NCBI RefSeq assembly: GCF_006345805.1
Contig: NC_043005.1
Location: 52,948,001 to 53,012,000 of the forward strand
Source: Octopus sinensis
Lineage: Eukaryota
DNA length: 64,000 nt
Reading direction: 5' to 3'
Shown: one piece after another, positions 1 to 13,484 of the stretch
Position numbering within the stretch: the stretch's first letter is position 1
Layout: each line of letters begins with the position of its first letter
Notes under the pieces: model-generated
What the model was told of the DNA's origin: nothing
What the model saw: the letters and a program-made list of their open reading frames with translations, nothing else
Databases searched by the model: none
Made by a program: the position numbers and the translations under genes

Positions 1-150
1 GATAAACACAGAAACAAAGATACACACACATATATATATATATGACAGGTTTCTTTCAGTTTCTACTTTGGGTGGCCTGGCACTATAGTAGCAGACACTT
101 GTCCAAAGTAACAAGCATAACCATGTTGTTGGGAAGCAAACTTCTTACCA
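1..150 (-). mobile_element. SINE-B 5' part (degenerate)
   Basis: ttctttcagtttc, gacacttgtccaa and gcaaacttcttaccac match the reverse complement of the SINE-B head. Confidence 0.7.
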
Positions 151-729
151 CTTGGTATGGCACTGGCAAAACCAGAGCTTAAGGCCATTTCTAGTTCTTT
201 CTTAACATCACAGACTTTGGTTCTGTTGACAAGTTGCTGTCATGATCTCTCTCCCTGGAGACTGCTCATAATGCAGAGCAACAATTTCCCATACTAGCAA
301 TGTTATAAATTGTAATTCATTTCCAGAAAAATATTTTACCTATAAGATTTAAAATACTTGTAAATAAATGACAATAAAACAACAGTAGAATGTAAAGAAT
401 ATTTTATGTAAAGTAAAAAGAACGTCAAGATCTCTTATATTAAAAAGATATTATTATAATCGTTTTCTTAATCACTTTCACTAGACTAGCTCACACAATC
501 ACCAATTCACAAGCACTCATAGACGGACTTGTAGATTTCTTTTTAGAAAACAAGTCTAGAGTTGTTTGCTTAGTAGAAAACTTTTCCGCTCTATAAATTT
601 CGCTGTAACATACTGAAGCATTTATTATGGTAGTAGAAACTTTTGCATTTCATTCAAAATTTGTATCTTCTGCTTGAAAAATAAAACTCATAAACCCAAG
701 GTCTCATATAGCGGGTCCTTGTAAAGTGA

Positions 730-1134
<405 letters not shown>

Positions 1135-2296
1135 ATTAAAAGAGAAAGGGGAAAACAAAAAAATGTATAAAAACGTGGAAAAAAAAATTTTACTCTACAA
1201 CACATACAATCTGTCACGTACAGTACAAGCATGTGTGGTCAGTTGTTGGTGTTAGGAACCACAGCAACTACAGGCATTGCCCAATTATCAAGGAACTGTG
1301 TATTACAATGATGGAGGAAGTGGAAGAGGAGGAGGCAACAGGCAGCTGTTGGTGAAGCTGACAATGGTGATGATGATGATGATGATGATGTTGTTAGCTA
1401 GCTAGCTAGCTAGCTTATAGCCAAGTGGAAATCCTCCATATAGAGAGACTTTTATTTTTTTTTTTCCCCTGCCGCCTGCTAGCTGGCTGTCAAACATTTT
1501 ATCACAAACCACAGACTTATATGAACTTTGACTGGACAGACTCTTTAAGGTTCCAAAAATCCATTAAGAAGAAAAAAAAATTCAAAAAATCTGTTAAACA
1601 ACTTTTTTCTCATTGACCTTTATAATTTTTTTTTTTTATATATATACACTAATATTAAATAATAGTGAATAGTTTTGCTGGAAGTTCCAAAACCAAATAC
1701 CAGCGGCAGAAGCTAAATGGCTGAATTTTTACATTTTTTTTTTTCTCTCACTTTCATTCAGTCACTTTGATTCCCATCATCTTTATTTTTAATGAATGAA
1801 TTAATTAATCAATTAAGTACTATTGTATTAAACCTTCCTCTCTGTAACTCTCTCTCTCTCTTTAGCTCTCCCTTTTTTTTTTTTTTTTTAATATATATAA
1901 ATATATATCTGTCTTTCTCTTCCCGTTTAGATTAAGTGTCCGTATGTCGTAATGTACTGATTTTGATTTTTAAAAGTTTTCCAGTGTTGTCACCTCTCCA
2001 TCTACCCATCACAGGTCCAGGTGGGTTCCTGGTATTCTTATAGCATTTGGTTCACTTAATAAGACATTTGGCAGCTAGCTGTTCTTCCATTGCTACTGCT
2101 CATGATGGTCACTAACATCACATGACTTCATCTTCCTCATCATCATTGTCATCATCACCATCATCATTATTATTATTATTATTACACAGATCTGTGGTGG
2201 TAGCTTTGTTAAATATCACAAAACTCATACATTTTTCAATCTTTCTTCCAGTCTTTTTTTTCTTTTTCCCAAGTTCTTAGATTAATTATTATTGAC

Positions 2297-2712
2297 GGCG
2301 GCAAGCTGGCAGAATCATTGGCACACTGGACGAAATGCATTTCGTCCGTTGCTAGGTTCTTAGTTCAAATTCCACTAAGGTTGACTTTACCTTTCATCCT
2401 TTGATAAAATAAGTACCAGTTACGCACTGGGGTTTATGTAATCAACTCATCCCCTCCCCCAAAATTGAAACCATTATTATTATTATTATTATCATTAATA
2501 AGGTGATGAGGTGGCAGAAGCATTAACGTGCTGGACAAAATGCTTATGGTATTTCGCCCATCACTATGTTCTTTCTGAGTTCAAATTCCACCGAGGTCGA
2601 CTTTGCCTTTCATCCTTTCAGGGTTGATAAAATAAGTACCAGTTGAACACTGGGGTCGCTGTAATCGACTCATTCCCTTCCCCAATGCCCTTGTGGAAAA
2701 AATTTGAAACCA
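2297..2712 (+). mobile_element. Two adjacent SINE-A copies (2297-2472 and 2501-2712)
   Basis: SINE-A has a tRNA-like head (A-box tggcagaa, B-box gagttcaaattcc) followed by gaggtcgactttgcctttcatcctttcggggtcgataaaataagtaccag. That central segment resembles the Meta-type SINE domain as recalled (unverified). Confidence 0.85.
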
Positions 2713-3664
2713 TTATTATTATCATTAATAATTTTATTTTCATTTCCCATTCTGTATTTTGGCTTTAATTTCAGAATTTTGCTTCAGTTTTTACACATTT
2801 TTTCCCCTTCCTTGCTTGGTCTTATTGTAAGTTGTCCTTTCAATCCTACCCTGTTTTGAAAACAAACCTCTCTCCTGTTCATTAGTTATGGAATCCTTCT
2901 TTCCCTAATCTCATTCATCAACAGTTAGTGGACCCCTCCCTCATCCCGCAACATCCCACCTGTTGTCGCCATCATCTCCTGTTCCTGTCTTCACTACTAC
3001 TACTACTCATTTATCTTTTCATTGTCAGATCTGCTGTTTATGTTGTAATTTTGCTCTCACGGCCCTGCTGTATATTTAGGACGGCTGTGACAAAGCTCTT
3101 CAATTATTTTCCCCTGCCAATAAAAAAAAAAGTCTCTCTTTCTCTCTCTCTCTCTCTCTCATGCTCTCTCTCTTTTCATCTAAGTCTCTTTTAAACTTTG
3201 GAGGAAGTAGATCAATCATTTTAAATCAGTGAGAGGAATGGGATGCCAGCCACTACGTTGGATGGACAGGATTTTTCTTTTTGTTTTTGACTTTTAGAAA
3301 TATTTGAATTTTTAAAATGTAACTTTTTTGTGTGTGTTTAATGTACGGTAGGTGTGTATGTCAACAAAGGAGGTGCCACATGTTCTTAGCATTAAAACAG
3401 CAATCTGTAAATATTTCCTTTATTTTTGTGATGTCATAGCCTGTTGTCCATAAAAGATGTCTACATTAAATGCTCTTCTTAACTTGCTAAATGAAATTTT
3501 TTTTATATATATATATATATTAAAAAACAAAAATGTAAGCAAAAAGAAAAAAAAATCAAAAGAAGAAAAGTAAAATAAATTTCATTAGATAAAAACTTAA
3601 ATACACTTTAATGAGTTTTTTCTTATTTTACGCAATATATAAGTACATATATATTCACATACAC

Positions 3665-3701
<37 letters not shown>

Positions 3702-4140
3702 CACATGCGCACACACTGATTGTTTCCCTTTGAGGTTTTCAATATATATATATATATTTCACATTCTCTAAAACATACATTTAAAAAAAAAATTCCTCAT
3801 CTTTCTGCTGTAGGCACAGGGTCTGAAGGTTTGTTGGGAGAGAGAGCTATGGCAAAAGTTGGCATTGGCAGGCGGAATTTGTTCTCAAAGACTTACAGGA
3901 TGCTGCTGAGTATTTTGTCCGGCATGCAAATAATTCTGCCATCTTAACAATCTTACCAATAACAACAGTAATATCCCACGTGATGCACTTTAAATACAGC
4001 AAAATAATGTTTTCATTACTTCAATGCAGTAAATATAACCACCAATACAAACCACAGCACATAAGCAAGGCACACAAAGCTCCACTTGGTAGTGTAGTGA
4101 AAGCACATGATAGAAATAAGGCTACTGAATAATAATAGTG

Positions 4141-4360
4141 CTTCCTACTAAAGGCACAAAGCCTGAAATTTGATGGGTGGGGACTAGTTGATTATATCCA
4201 TCCCAGTGTATCACTGGTACTTAATTTATTGACCCAGAAAGAGATGAACGGCTGAAAGGCAATGTCGATCTTGGCGGAATTTGAACTCAGAACGTAGCGA
4301 TGGTTGAAATACTACTTAGTATTTTGCTTGGCATGCTAACAATTCTGATGACTCGCCACC
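4141..4360 (-). mobile_element. SINE-A
   Basis: Reverse-complement head, central domain and ggcacaaagcctgaaattt tail. Confidence 0.85.
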
Positions 4361-4811
4361 TATATTCATTATTATTATTATTATCATCAATATTATTATT
4401 ATTAATAATAATAATAATAATAATAATAGCAGCAACATATCATTATAAGCAGTGCTATTGAGTCAAAAGGATAAGTTTTATGATTGTTTGATAAGTAAGA
4501 ATTTATTTCACTTAGCCCTTTCACCATCAACCTACCTGAAACATCGTTAACTTTTAATTAGGAAAACGTTTGTTCTTTGCAAGATCATTACAGTTGTATA
4601 GTAACGTCTTACAAGTTTTGATGATTCTCAGAATGATGATGATGATGGTAATAATAATAATAATAACAATAATCCTTTCTACTACAGGCGCAGGGCCTGT
4701 AATTTTGAAGGAGTGTTAGTTGGTTATATCAACCTCAGTACATGACTGGTACTTAATCTATCCACCTGAAAAGGATGGAAAGCAAAGTAGTTCTTGACGG
4801 AATTTAATAGG

Positions 4812-5172
4812 TTTGTGTGGTAAGAAATTTGCTTCTCAACTACAGGGTTCAGTCCCACTGCATGGAACCTTGTGCAAGTGTTTTATACTATATCCTTAGA
4901 CCAACCAAAGCCTTGTGATTGGATTTGATTGATGGAAACTGAAAGAAGCCCGTTTAAATATACGTATGTATCTGTTAAGTTTTTGTTTTTATCCCCACAC
5001 TACCACGTGAAAACCAATGCTGGTTTGTTTACATCCCTGTAATTTAGCGGCTCTGCAGAAAACTTGGAATAAGTACCAGGCTTTTAAAATAAGTAGGGAT
5101 CAATTCATTTGACGAAAACGCTTCCAGGCAGTGCTCCTGTGTGCCCTTAATACAATGATTGAAACATAAGAG
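4812..5172 (+). mobile_element. SINE-B (old copy), preceded by truncated SINE-A at 4671-4806 (-)
   Basis: SINE-B is a tRNA-like head + ccttgggcaagtg + gaaactgaaagaagcccgtc, then an internal microsatellite, then a second module ending aaatgactgaaacaagtaaaaga. Confidence 0.8.
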
Positions 5173-5308
5173 AAAAGAATATTTTCGTTAGAAATATCGT
5201 TATAAAAGGGGTCAAGCTACTGGAACCCTTAAGAAATGTGAGGCTACAGCAGCACACAACCGTGCACATTGATTTCCTTCTCCCTAAGTCTGTGATTTTG
5301 TACATATA

Positions 5309-5614
5309 GCCGCTGGTGTTGCTGTGTGGTAAGAAGCTTGCTTCAGTCGCACCTTGAGCAAGTGTCTTCTATAGCCTTGGGCCGACCAAATCCTTGTGAG
5401 TGAATTTGGTAGATAGAAACTGAAAGAAGCCCGTCATGTATATGTATATTTATGTCTGTATGTCTGTGTTTTTTCCCCCACCATCACTTGACAACCGATG
5501 GTGTATTTATGTCCCCGAAAAAGAGACCAATAGAATAAGTCCTGGGGGCGATTTCTTCGACTATAGGCGTGCACCAGCATGACCGTGGTCAAATGACTGA
5601 AACGTGTAAAAGAG
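5309..5614 (+). mobile_element. SINE-B
   Basis: Both modules present, with internal deletions. Confidence 0.85.
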
Positions 5615-5875
5615 TAAATCATTAGAAATCGAGGTATATTTTTGTTATTACCCAGCATTTCAAAATGAAGCGAAATGAGAGTGGGCATTGATATTTTTCA
5701 TGAACACATTTACAAAATCTTAGTTTAACTCTTCTCAACAAATATATTCTTTCAGCTGGATATGATTTTGTGATGGTATATTCCATGCCTACCATCTTGA
5801 TTCACTGCTTTCATGACCACATGTTCGATGGGGGAAAACACCAATCTTCGTTCTTGAGAAACTCTACTGTATCTT

Positions 5876-6093
5876 TCTATCTTTTACTTGTTTCAGTCAT
5901 TTGGTTGCGGCCATGCTGGAGCACTGCCTTGAAGAATTTTTAGTCGAAAGAATCAGCGACAGAATTTTTTTTTAACTTGATATTTATTCTGTCCATTTCT
6001 TTTTGTCGAACTGCTAAATTATTAGGTCGTAAACAGCAACACCGGTTGGTAGTAAGGGGTAAACGTGTGTGTGTGTGTGTGTGTATGTATGTA

Positions 6094-6130
<37 letters not shown>

Positions 6131-6417
6131 TGTGTGTGTGGAGGCACAGGGCCTGGTGGTTAGAACAGTGGACTCGCGATCGCGGGTTCGAATCTCAGAC
6201 CGAGTGATGTGTGTGTTTATGAGCGAAACACCTAAGCTCCACGCGGCTCTGGCAGAAGGTAATGGCAAACTTCTGCTGACTCTTTCGCCACAACTTTCTC
6301 TCTTTCCTCCTGCATCTAGCGACGGACCGGCGTCTGTCCAAGTGGGGAACCTATACGCTAATGAAACCGGGAAACCGGCCCTTATGAACCAGGCATGGCT
6401 CGAGAAGGAACAAATTC

Positions 6418-6457
<40 letters not shown>

Positions 6458-6616
6458 ATGACTGTCTTCTTTCAGTTTCCTACTAAATCCATTCAAGGCT
6501 TTGATCGACCCTAGACTATAATAGAAGATACTTGCTCAATGTGCCACGTAGTGGGACTAAATCTGGAACCATGTATTTAGGAAACCAACGCCTTACAACG
6601 CAGTCATACTTGCGCC
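5876..6616 (-). mobile_element. SINE-B interrupted by SINE-C
   Basis: Tail module at 5876-6060 and head module at 6455-6616; SINE-C sits in the internal microsatellite. Confidence 0.8.
6138..6412 (+). mobile_element. SINE-C
   Basis: tRNA-like head ggaggcacagggcctggtggttagaacagtggactc...gggttcgaatctc. The segment gcgacggaccggcgtctgtccaagtgggga resembles the V-SINE domain as recalled. Tail is gaaaccgggaaaccggcccttatg...gaaggaacaa. Confidence 0.9.
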
Positions 6617-8585
6617 TATATGCTCATTATCTATAATTTCCAAATGAAATTTCAAGAAATATGAAACACGGGATACTTACGAAAAAAGTCACCATAATCG
6701 ATATTGTGTATGAATGGAAATCTGCATAGAGCAAGCTCTGAGCTTTGGGATGGCAGATTTCAACCTGCATTGAAACTATTTCACTTCCATTGCACAGCTG
6801 TCTCCCTTGATAAAGCCATTTCTGGAAGTTTTCTACTTAGACTAAATGTATTTAATATTGCGTGCTTTTTAGCATCACAAACCAAGGTTTTAGTTGACTT
6901 TGAACCAATTCTGTCGTTTGGCCTGTTAGAAATTGCAGCTTATTCTCCAACAAATCACACCCAACGATCTTTGAAAAGACTGATATTTGTAATAATTAGA
7001 TAAACTATGTCTAAAAACCAAAAAGAATGGGATCGTCATGGGTCTAATGCTTTTTCATCAGAGCTGATATGGGGTTAGAATAATATACAAAATTATTAGC
7101 AAATGAAGGGGGGGCCTCTCTGCGGTCGTTTAATCTGCTAAATATTGCAGCTAAATTTTGTAATCATAATCTTAGTAACGAAGTTCACATACGGTTGTAT
7201 TAATTTGCAGGGGGATGGTCACAGCTGGAATGCTTTGGATCATATATTTGCTTTATTGGGGCTGACCAACATGCAAAATTTAAAGTGGACATCTGCTAGG
7301 TATATCAGCCAAAACTCTTTCAGTTCACTTCCTTCGAAAGAAAGGGGCGTATTTTTCGGACAATGTATCTTAAATTTTAGATACATTATCTGAAAAAAGT
7401 GGGATAGGCATGATTGGAATGTCTTAGTTAGGACTGACTAAGGGTATTCGTTTGATATCTAAACTTAATACCTAAAAAAAAAAAAAAATCTAACCCTTTT
7501 TTCTCCCCAAACACTGCAGTAACCACATTTAACTCATTTGATACCAACCCATCTAAGACCCCTCCTGATTCTATAATACATACTCCCTGTTTTAAAATTA
7601 ACTAAAAGCCTTCCGTCAACATTTCATGTTAATTGATGCTCCAAACACCATCATACTAACGCCAAAATTATTTCATCAAGTTCTTCATTATTTTTCAAAA
7701 TTAACCAAAACGAAGTCTGTGTATTTCAATTGTATGAAGAAATCATATTATAGAAGTGTAAAATACTTTTGCCAAATATGCTTATCTCTAAGTGTTATTA
7801 GTTTCAAATAATAACAACTCAACGTTTTGGTCTTTCTTTAACTCTTCTACATTGGTCAAATAGCTCTATTTTTTCTCATTAAAAACAAACAAATATTGCT
7901 TTTTCATGAAAATACAATTACTTAGTAATAATCGTTGTGATTGAGGTTTTCTATTCATTTTCAGTTCATTGTAATTACACATTTTTCTTTTCCTTTTCTT
8001 TGTACTCTTCCCTAAACTATTTACGAAGAAGGACTTAAAATTTTATGTATATATTTAACTGAAGAAGACCATTGAAAAAGAAAAAGGGCTCCAGTGTATC
8101 AGAATTTAGAATAAAACCTTTATGTATACCAATGTAAAAAAATAATAATAAATAAAAAAGAAATCAACCCCTTTATCCAATGATTGTGTAAAGTGGTTCT
8201 GAAACCAAGATTACGTTTAGTTTCTCCTTACGAGAAACTGGTGGTATATCCTTTTGTCTGAAAACCTTTTGTACAAAAGTCGAACGCATTGTGTGTAAGT
8301 GTGTGTAATTGCAGTCGTTTAGAATATAATGCTAAAGCATTGCTCCAGTATGACTTTAACCATGCTGACTGCATCAAGATTTAAAGAATGTATTTAACAA
8401 ACACCAATGTTAGCTTATAAATGAAGGGAAAAAAGCTTACACCTCAATACGTAGTGTAAAATTTATTCGTATATTTATTTAAGTTTTGATCACAACTCAA
8501 CTTTCATGCTCTAAGCATATATAAATTTAAATACACAGCCGAAAGTTCTAATAGTTTCATGCTATTATGATACTAAAACACGCCA

Positions 8586-8654
8586 TGTCCAGCATAAACA
8601 GCGCCCGAAAGATTGCTTTTAAAGTAATCTTTCGGGGGCTGTTTATGCTGGACA
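8586..8654. repeat. 69-bp near-perfect palindrome (34-bp arms)
   Basis: tgtccagcataaacagcgcccgaaagattgcttt / aaagtaatctttcgggggctgtttatgctggaca; one G-G mismatch and one G-T pair. Confidence 0.95.
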
Positions 8655-10234
8655 GCAAGAAAATGAGATAAAAAACATGGACAGGTTTTTTTATCGAATT
8701 GGAGACAACCACCCGCTCTGGATTGAGTTGCTGTCTCACAAATTTTGATATTTTCTGTTATTTTGTTCTAAACCAGTTGTATTTGATGAGCTTTCTGTAA
8801 TCAGTAAGGATGAGGAGCTTAGTTTCCTTGATTTCGTTAGAGCCTGAAGATACATGCCGTAATTTATGAATATACCCGTTCAAGTACCATAATAGCATGA
8901 AACTATTAATAACTCTTTCGATTTATCTCTTGCTTGATGGACTTCTTTTATTATTCTACCTCTATTCGATCTTTAAACTATATATATACACACACATTCT
9001 CCTCGATTTTCGGACGTTGGGCAGCTGCGCGTACATTAACTATGACAGCATCTGGTAACGTAGGTCTCCATCAGACCCAGGCATCCACTACCTGCCTTTC
9101 TGTCTCTCAGTTGCTTTTGAATGAAAAGTGTTGAAAAATATAAATCTGACATCCGACCAGATCGACTTACGACCTGTCAGTCGGTCGTAAGTCGAGGAGA
9201 AGGTGTATATATGATTTTGTATTAAGTATTATCTTCCTGTTGTGTTTACTGAATAATGTGTGTGCATATTCTCGTATATTGGCAACTTAGTACTAGAACG
9301 AAAAGAGGCCGCATTGCGATCTAGAGTTTGTGTGTGTGTGTAGATATTTGTCTTACGTATATAGTTAAGTTGACCACTTAGATTTTCATTACAACAAAAC
9401 AATCTTCAGATGACATCCATTAAAGGCATTTCAAATGTTACTGTAATACTTAAAATAACTTTTTTTTTTACTGAAGCGCTTTCTGCGAAGAGCTACTTTA
9501 CTATATACTACAACATGGTCATAACCGTGGTGACTAAAAAAAAGAAAACGAGCTGTAGAATCTATTTACATATATGCACGCGTATACTAGTCATTGAAAC
9601 AGTGTCTATTACAGCTTCGTGCATATGTGTGTCTGTGGAGAGAGAGAGAGAGAGAGTGAGTGAGAAAGAATGTGTCCCTGTATCCCCACTCTTCTTGACG
9701 CTGAATAGACCCAACTGGATTTTTAGCTTGTAGAATAACCTACATTCTATACACCTCTTAGCATCTGATGCGATTCCATTTGATAGGGACCTAACCGTTT
9801 TAAACGCATCGTATGAATGTTGAACGCCTTCTATGCTACATTTGAATGTTTTCAGTCCTTCATCGTGCATATGGTATCTTTCAGTCCCTTTAAAATATCC
9901 CTATAGTGCGTATATATATATATATATATGCACACGCACACAATATACATATATATATATTAAGTATCTATGTACATATATAATTTGTATACATTGTGGT
10001 TGTGTACACGTAATCACACACACACACACACACATGCATTATATAAATATACTTTTTAAATTAACAAGGCAACCAATGGTTTCATGCTGACAAGACTTCT
10101 ACAGTTATCCATTTGAGGATGTTGGTGCTCTTCTTCAAGTGGATCACTTGAGTAACTGAGATCTTGACATGAAACCCCGGGATTCTTTGTTAATCGGTGT
10201 TTAGTACTCATTTTCACTCTTCGATATCAGCCTG

Positions 10235-10276
<42 letters not shown>

Positions 10277-11007
10277 GCACATATATTGATGGCAGCACTT
10301 CAGCATGAACTTAACCTTCATGAGTAAAGCAAAAGCTGAAGATTAAAATTGGTATATCTGCTGCTCCAAATGGAGAGATTGTAATTTAAAATCTTCAACT
10401 CAAATCACTTTTCTTGCAAATTTTTTTTCTGTATTTAATTTTTGTTTGCAACTGTCATATAGCTTATATTCAATGTAACAGAAGTAGACCAAATCAGTTA
10501 ATGCTATCCATGAGGCAGTTTCTGCTCTCGACTAATTCCCAGTGATGCAAAAAGGATCAAATCCTTGATGTGAAATCATAATTGAAATTAAAACATTTTT
10601 TTACAACCAAATCTTGTTCAGTTGACTATTTGCTCGTTTCTCACACAATCTAGGACAAGTTCTCTGTCTATTTCTATTTGACTCGCTCTCTCTCTCTCTC
10701 TCTCTCAACAGCTTTTGGCTAATTGTACATTACAGGATGAAGTATAAATTAACAAATTGCGTTCGCGGCACCTGTGGATTGCACGTAGTCTCATATTTTA
10801 CATTTTCAGTCATTAGACTGTGGCCATGCTGGGGTATCTCCTTGAAGATTTTGGTAAAAACAAATCGACCCCATTATTTTTTTTTTCCTTTCTAAGGTTA
10901 TTCTATCGGCATTTTTTTTTTTTACCGAAGTGATATAGGGACGTAAATAAACCAGTTTCAAGCGGTAGTGGTGTACAAACAAGGATACACACACACTTAA
11001 GCGAGTG

Positions 11008-11654
11008 CTGAGGGCGTGATGAAAAGTTCTTGACTTTAAGGGTATCACGAAATGCTTGGTTGGAAGCACAACCTTCCGAGTTCTTTTGTAGGGCTTATAA
11101 AAAAAGGAAGGACCGCTGCAATAAGTGCGTAAATTTGAGGGCTTATACGAACTGAAGGACTGCTGCAATAAGTACGTGAATCTGAGAAGGGAATATCTCT
11201 CTATATAAACGGCAGTTTGTCTGTGCGTGTTTCTGTGTGTCTGTTTGCTTGTACCCTCACCCTGACCACGGCTTTCAACCGATTCTGATGAAACTTGACA
11301 CACACATAGCCCAATGTCATAATTCAAAACTAACGCAGCGAAAATTTTGAAAAGTTCCCCCAGTTCTGAAAAAAATCGATAAATTCGACATGGGGTCGAG
11401 AATCAGAAACACAAACCACAGACTGTGTAGGGGACGGAACTCCACCTTTTTTAACTATCAAAAAAAATTTACCATTTTTTTCCATTTTTTTTGCTATTTT
11501 TTGGCTATAACTCTCTAAAAATGCTTTATAGTTATTTCCCTTACAAACCTGAGCAACGCCGGGCGATACTGCTAGTTTTGAATAAATTCATAATTAACTG
11601 ATACTCTTGTATTTTCTTTTACCAAAAGCCAGGAACTGTTCGGCACCCCTTCGT
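11008..11654 (+). mobile_element. Mariner-derived MITE, interrupted by a Helitron
   Basis: Degenerate TIRs (gagggcgtgatgaaaagttcttgacttt / aaagccaggaactgttcggcacccttcgt). The internal gaaggaccgctgcaataagtg...gggaatat corresponds to a mariner transposase C-terminus. Confidence 0.8.
11196..11575 (+). mobile_element. Non-autonomous Helitron (380 bp)
   Basis: Starts TC (tctctctatataaac), ends with hairpin cctgagcaacgccggg and CTAG, inserted between A and T with no TSD. Confidence 0.88.
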
Positions 11655-11669
11655 GTGTGTGTGTGTATA

Positions 11670-11861
11670 CACGAAGGAGTGCTGAAAAAAACCTGGAGGC
11701 CCAACCTTCCGAGTTCTTTTACAGGGCTTATGAAAACCTGAAAGACCGCTGCAATAAGTATGTGAATCTGTGAGGGGAATATTTTGAATAAAATCATAAT
11801 TAACTGATCCGCCTGAATTTGCTTTTACCCAAAGCCAGGAACTTTTCAGCACCTCCTCGCA
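11670..11861 (+). mobile_element. Second mariner-derived MITE copy
   Basis: cacgaaggagtgctgaaaa ... aaagccaggaacttttcagcacctcctcgca; same internal sequence as the copy at 11008. Confidence 0.85.
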
Positions 11862-12181
11862 CAGTGAGTTTAGAGGGAGCATTATAGTCATGTGTCGTGA
11901 GGGATTCTTTAGGACGTGAATAAATGTAACTGAACAAAAGTTTGAAGAAAATATTGGCCATTTTCCAAACTTTCTAGGGGCAAGCAAATAAGAAATAATA
12001 TTACAGTCTAAGGACAAAAATGGTGTCATGAAATAATTATAAACAGCAAACTCTTTATGCCCTTGGTGTAAAATGACTTGCTAAGTAACACTCAGTATAA
12101 TAGCCATCCGCGTAGAATTTACCTGGTAGCTATGGCACCATTACGACAGGATATTGATGCAATTCTTCAAATGGTTAAATA

Positions 12182-12322
12182 TTAGGTTGTCCCAAAAGTT
12201 CGTAAACACTTGCGAAAATTGAATTTTTACTCGCCAAGTACTAACAAAAACAACAAAAATTATTCCTCAAAATAAAGACCATTATTTTCCAAGTCTTTCT
12301 ACGAACTATTGGGACAACCTTA
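12182..12322. mobile_element. 141-bp Tc1/mariner MITE
   Basis: TIRs ttaggttgtcccaaaagttcgta / tacgaactattgggacaacctta (2 mismatches), TA on both sides. Confidence 0.85.
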
Positions 12323-12714
12323 TAAAAAGAATCTGATCTATCCGAAGCTCATCATGGAATGCTATGTTACGACCTACATGGCATCTACATAATCCGAAAA
12401 TGTGGAGAGAGCTTTCGTTCAGCTCTTTCGAAAAGATGAGATAGAGCTGAGCGGAGTACCTTGTAAGAGTGTTTTAATGTCAAAACAAATAGCATTCTCA
12501 GGCGTACTACCGGTTATACATTATTTAAATATTGAAGAGATTGAAGTACTTTGCTATCAGCCTATTATGTGCTGTGATTAGGAGAGATTGTAAACACATA
12601 GATAGAACTGGCGCATGACCTGAACATTGAAATACGTAGCAAGGCGTAAATTATTTCGTATGCTTGTCATCAAGATGGCAACAATGCACTGACAAGTGAT
12701 CGGAAAGATTCCTG

Positions 12715-13050
12715 ACTGCTTCTTTGGAAGTTTGCTTCCCAAGCGATTGGTTCCAGGTTTAGTCTTCTACAATAGCTACGGGCCGATCAAAGCATTGTGA
12801 GTGAAGTTGGTAGACGGAAACTGAAAGACGCCCGTCGTAGATACGTATGTGCGTGTGTTTATCCTCCATCACCGCTTGACAACCGGTGTGTGTGTGTGTG
12901 TTTACGTCCCTGTAACATAGCGGTTCGGCACAAGTGAACGATAGAATAAGTACTGGGTGGGGGGAAGGGGTTGGTTCAGTTCTTTCGACTAAAAATTCTT
13001 AAAAGTGGTGTCCCAACATGTCCACAGTCTAATGACTGAAACAATTGAAA
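12715..13050 (+). mobile_element. SINE-B (old copy)
   Basis: Both modules recognisable. Confidence 0.8.
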
Positions 13051-13484
13051 GAAAGATATAAAACAAAACTTAGGTTAATTCTATATTATTACTCCTTAGT
13101 ATGTGAACACTGCTGTATTGACGTTGGCCCTCAATGCAGCTTGACCTGCCATTTGTCCTAACTTGAATGCATTGTATACACCATGTTGCTGGAATTATAG
13201 CTGCTACAATGTCACCAACGTTATTATTTACTCTGAATTTTTCCTGTATTAAATCTTTTCTTAACTTACAGGAGTAAATTATAAGCTGTGCGGTTGAACT
13301 TGTTTCGGAACTACATGGTTTCAGGATAGAGGCTACGGCGCAGCACCTTAGGCAAGGGTGTTTTCTGTTACAACCTCGGGTCAAACAAAGCTTTGTGAAT
13401 AAAAATTTGGTTGATGGAAACGAAAGTGTGTGGTCGGAAATTCATTGGGAGTAACGTTCGGGTTCTTGAGGGATCAAATATATT

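Noticed and set aside
6138-6215. tRNA-like sequences at SINE heads (also at 23180-23259, 36480-36560 and others)
   Set aside because: They have A/B boxes but no clean cloverleaf or 3' acceptor stem, and they continue into SINE bodies with TSDs; not tRNA genes.
13070-13270. Non-repetitive minus-strand frame EKFRVNNNVGDIVAAIIPATWCIQC...
   Set aside because: No recognisable domain, weak splice signals, and a length expected by chance.
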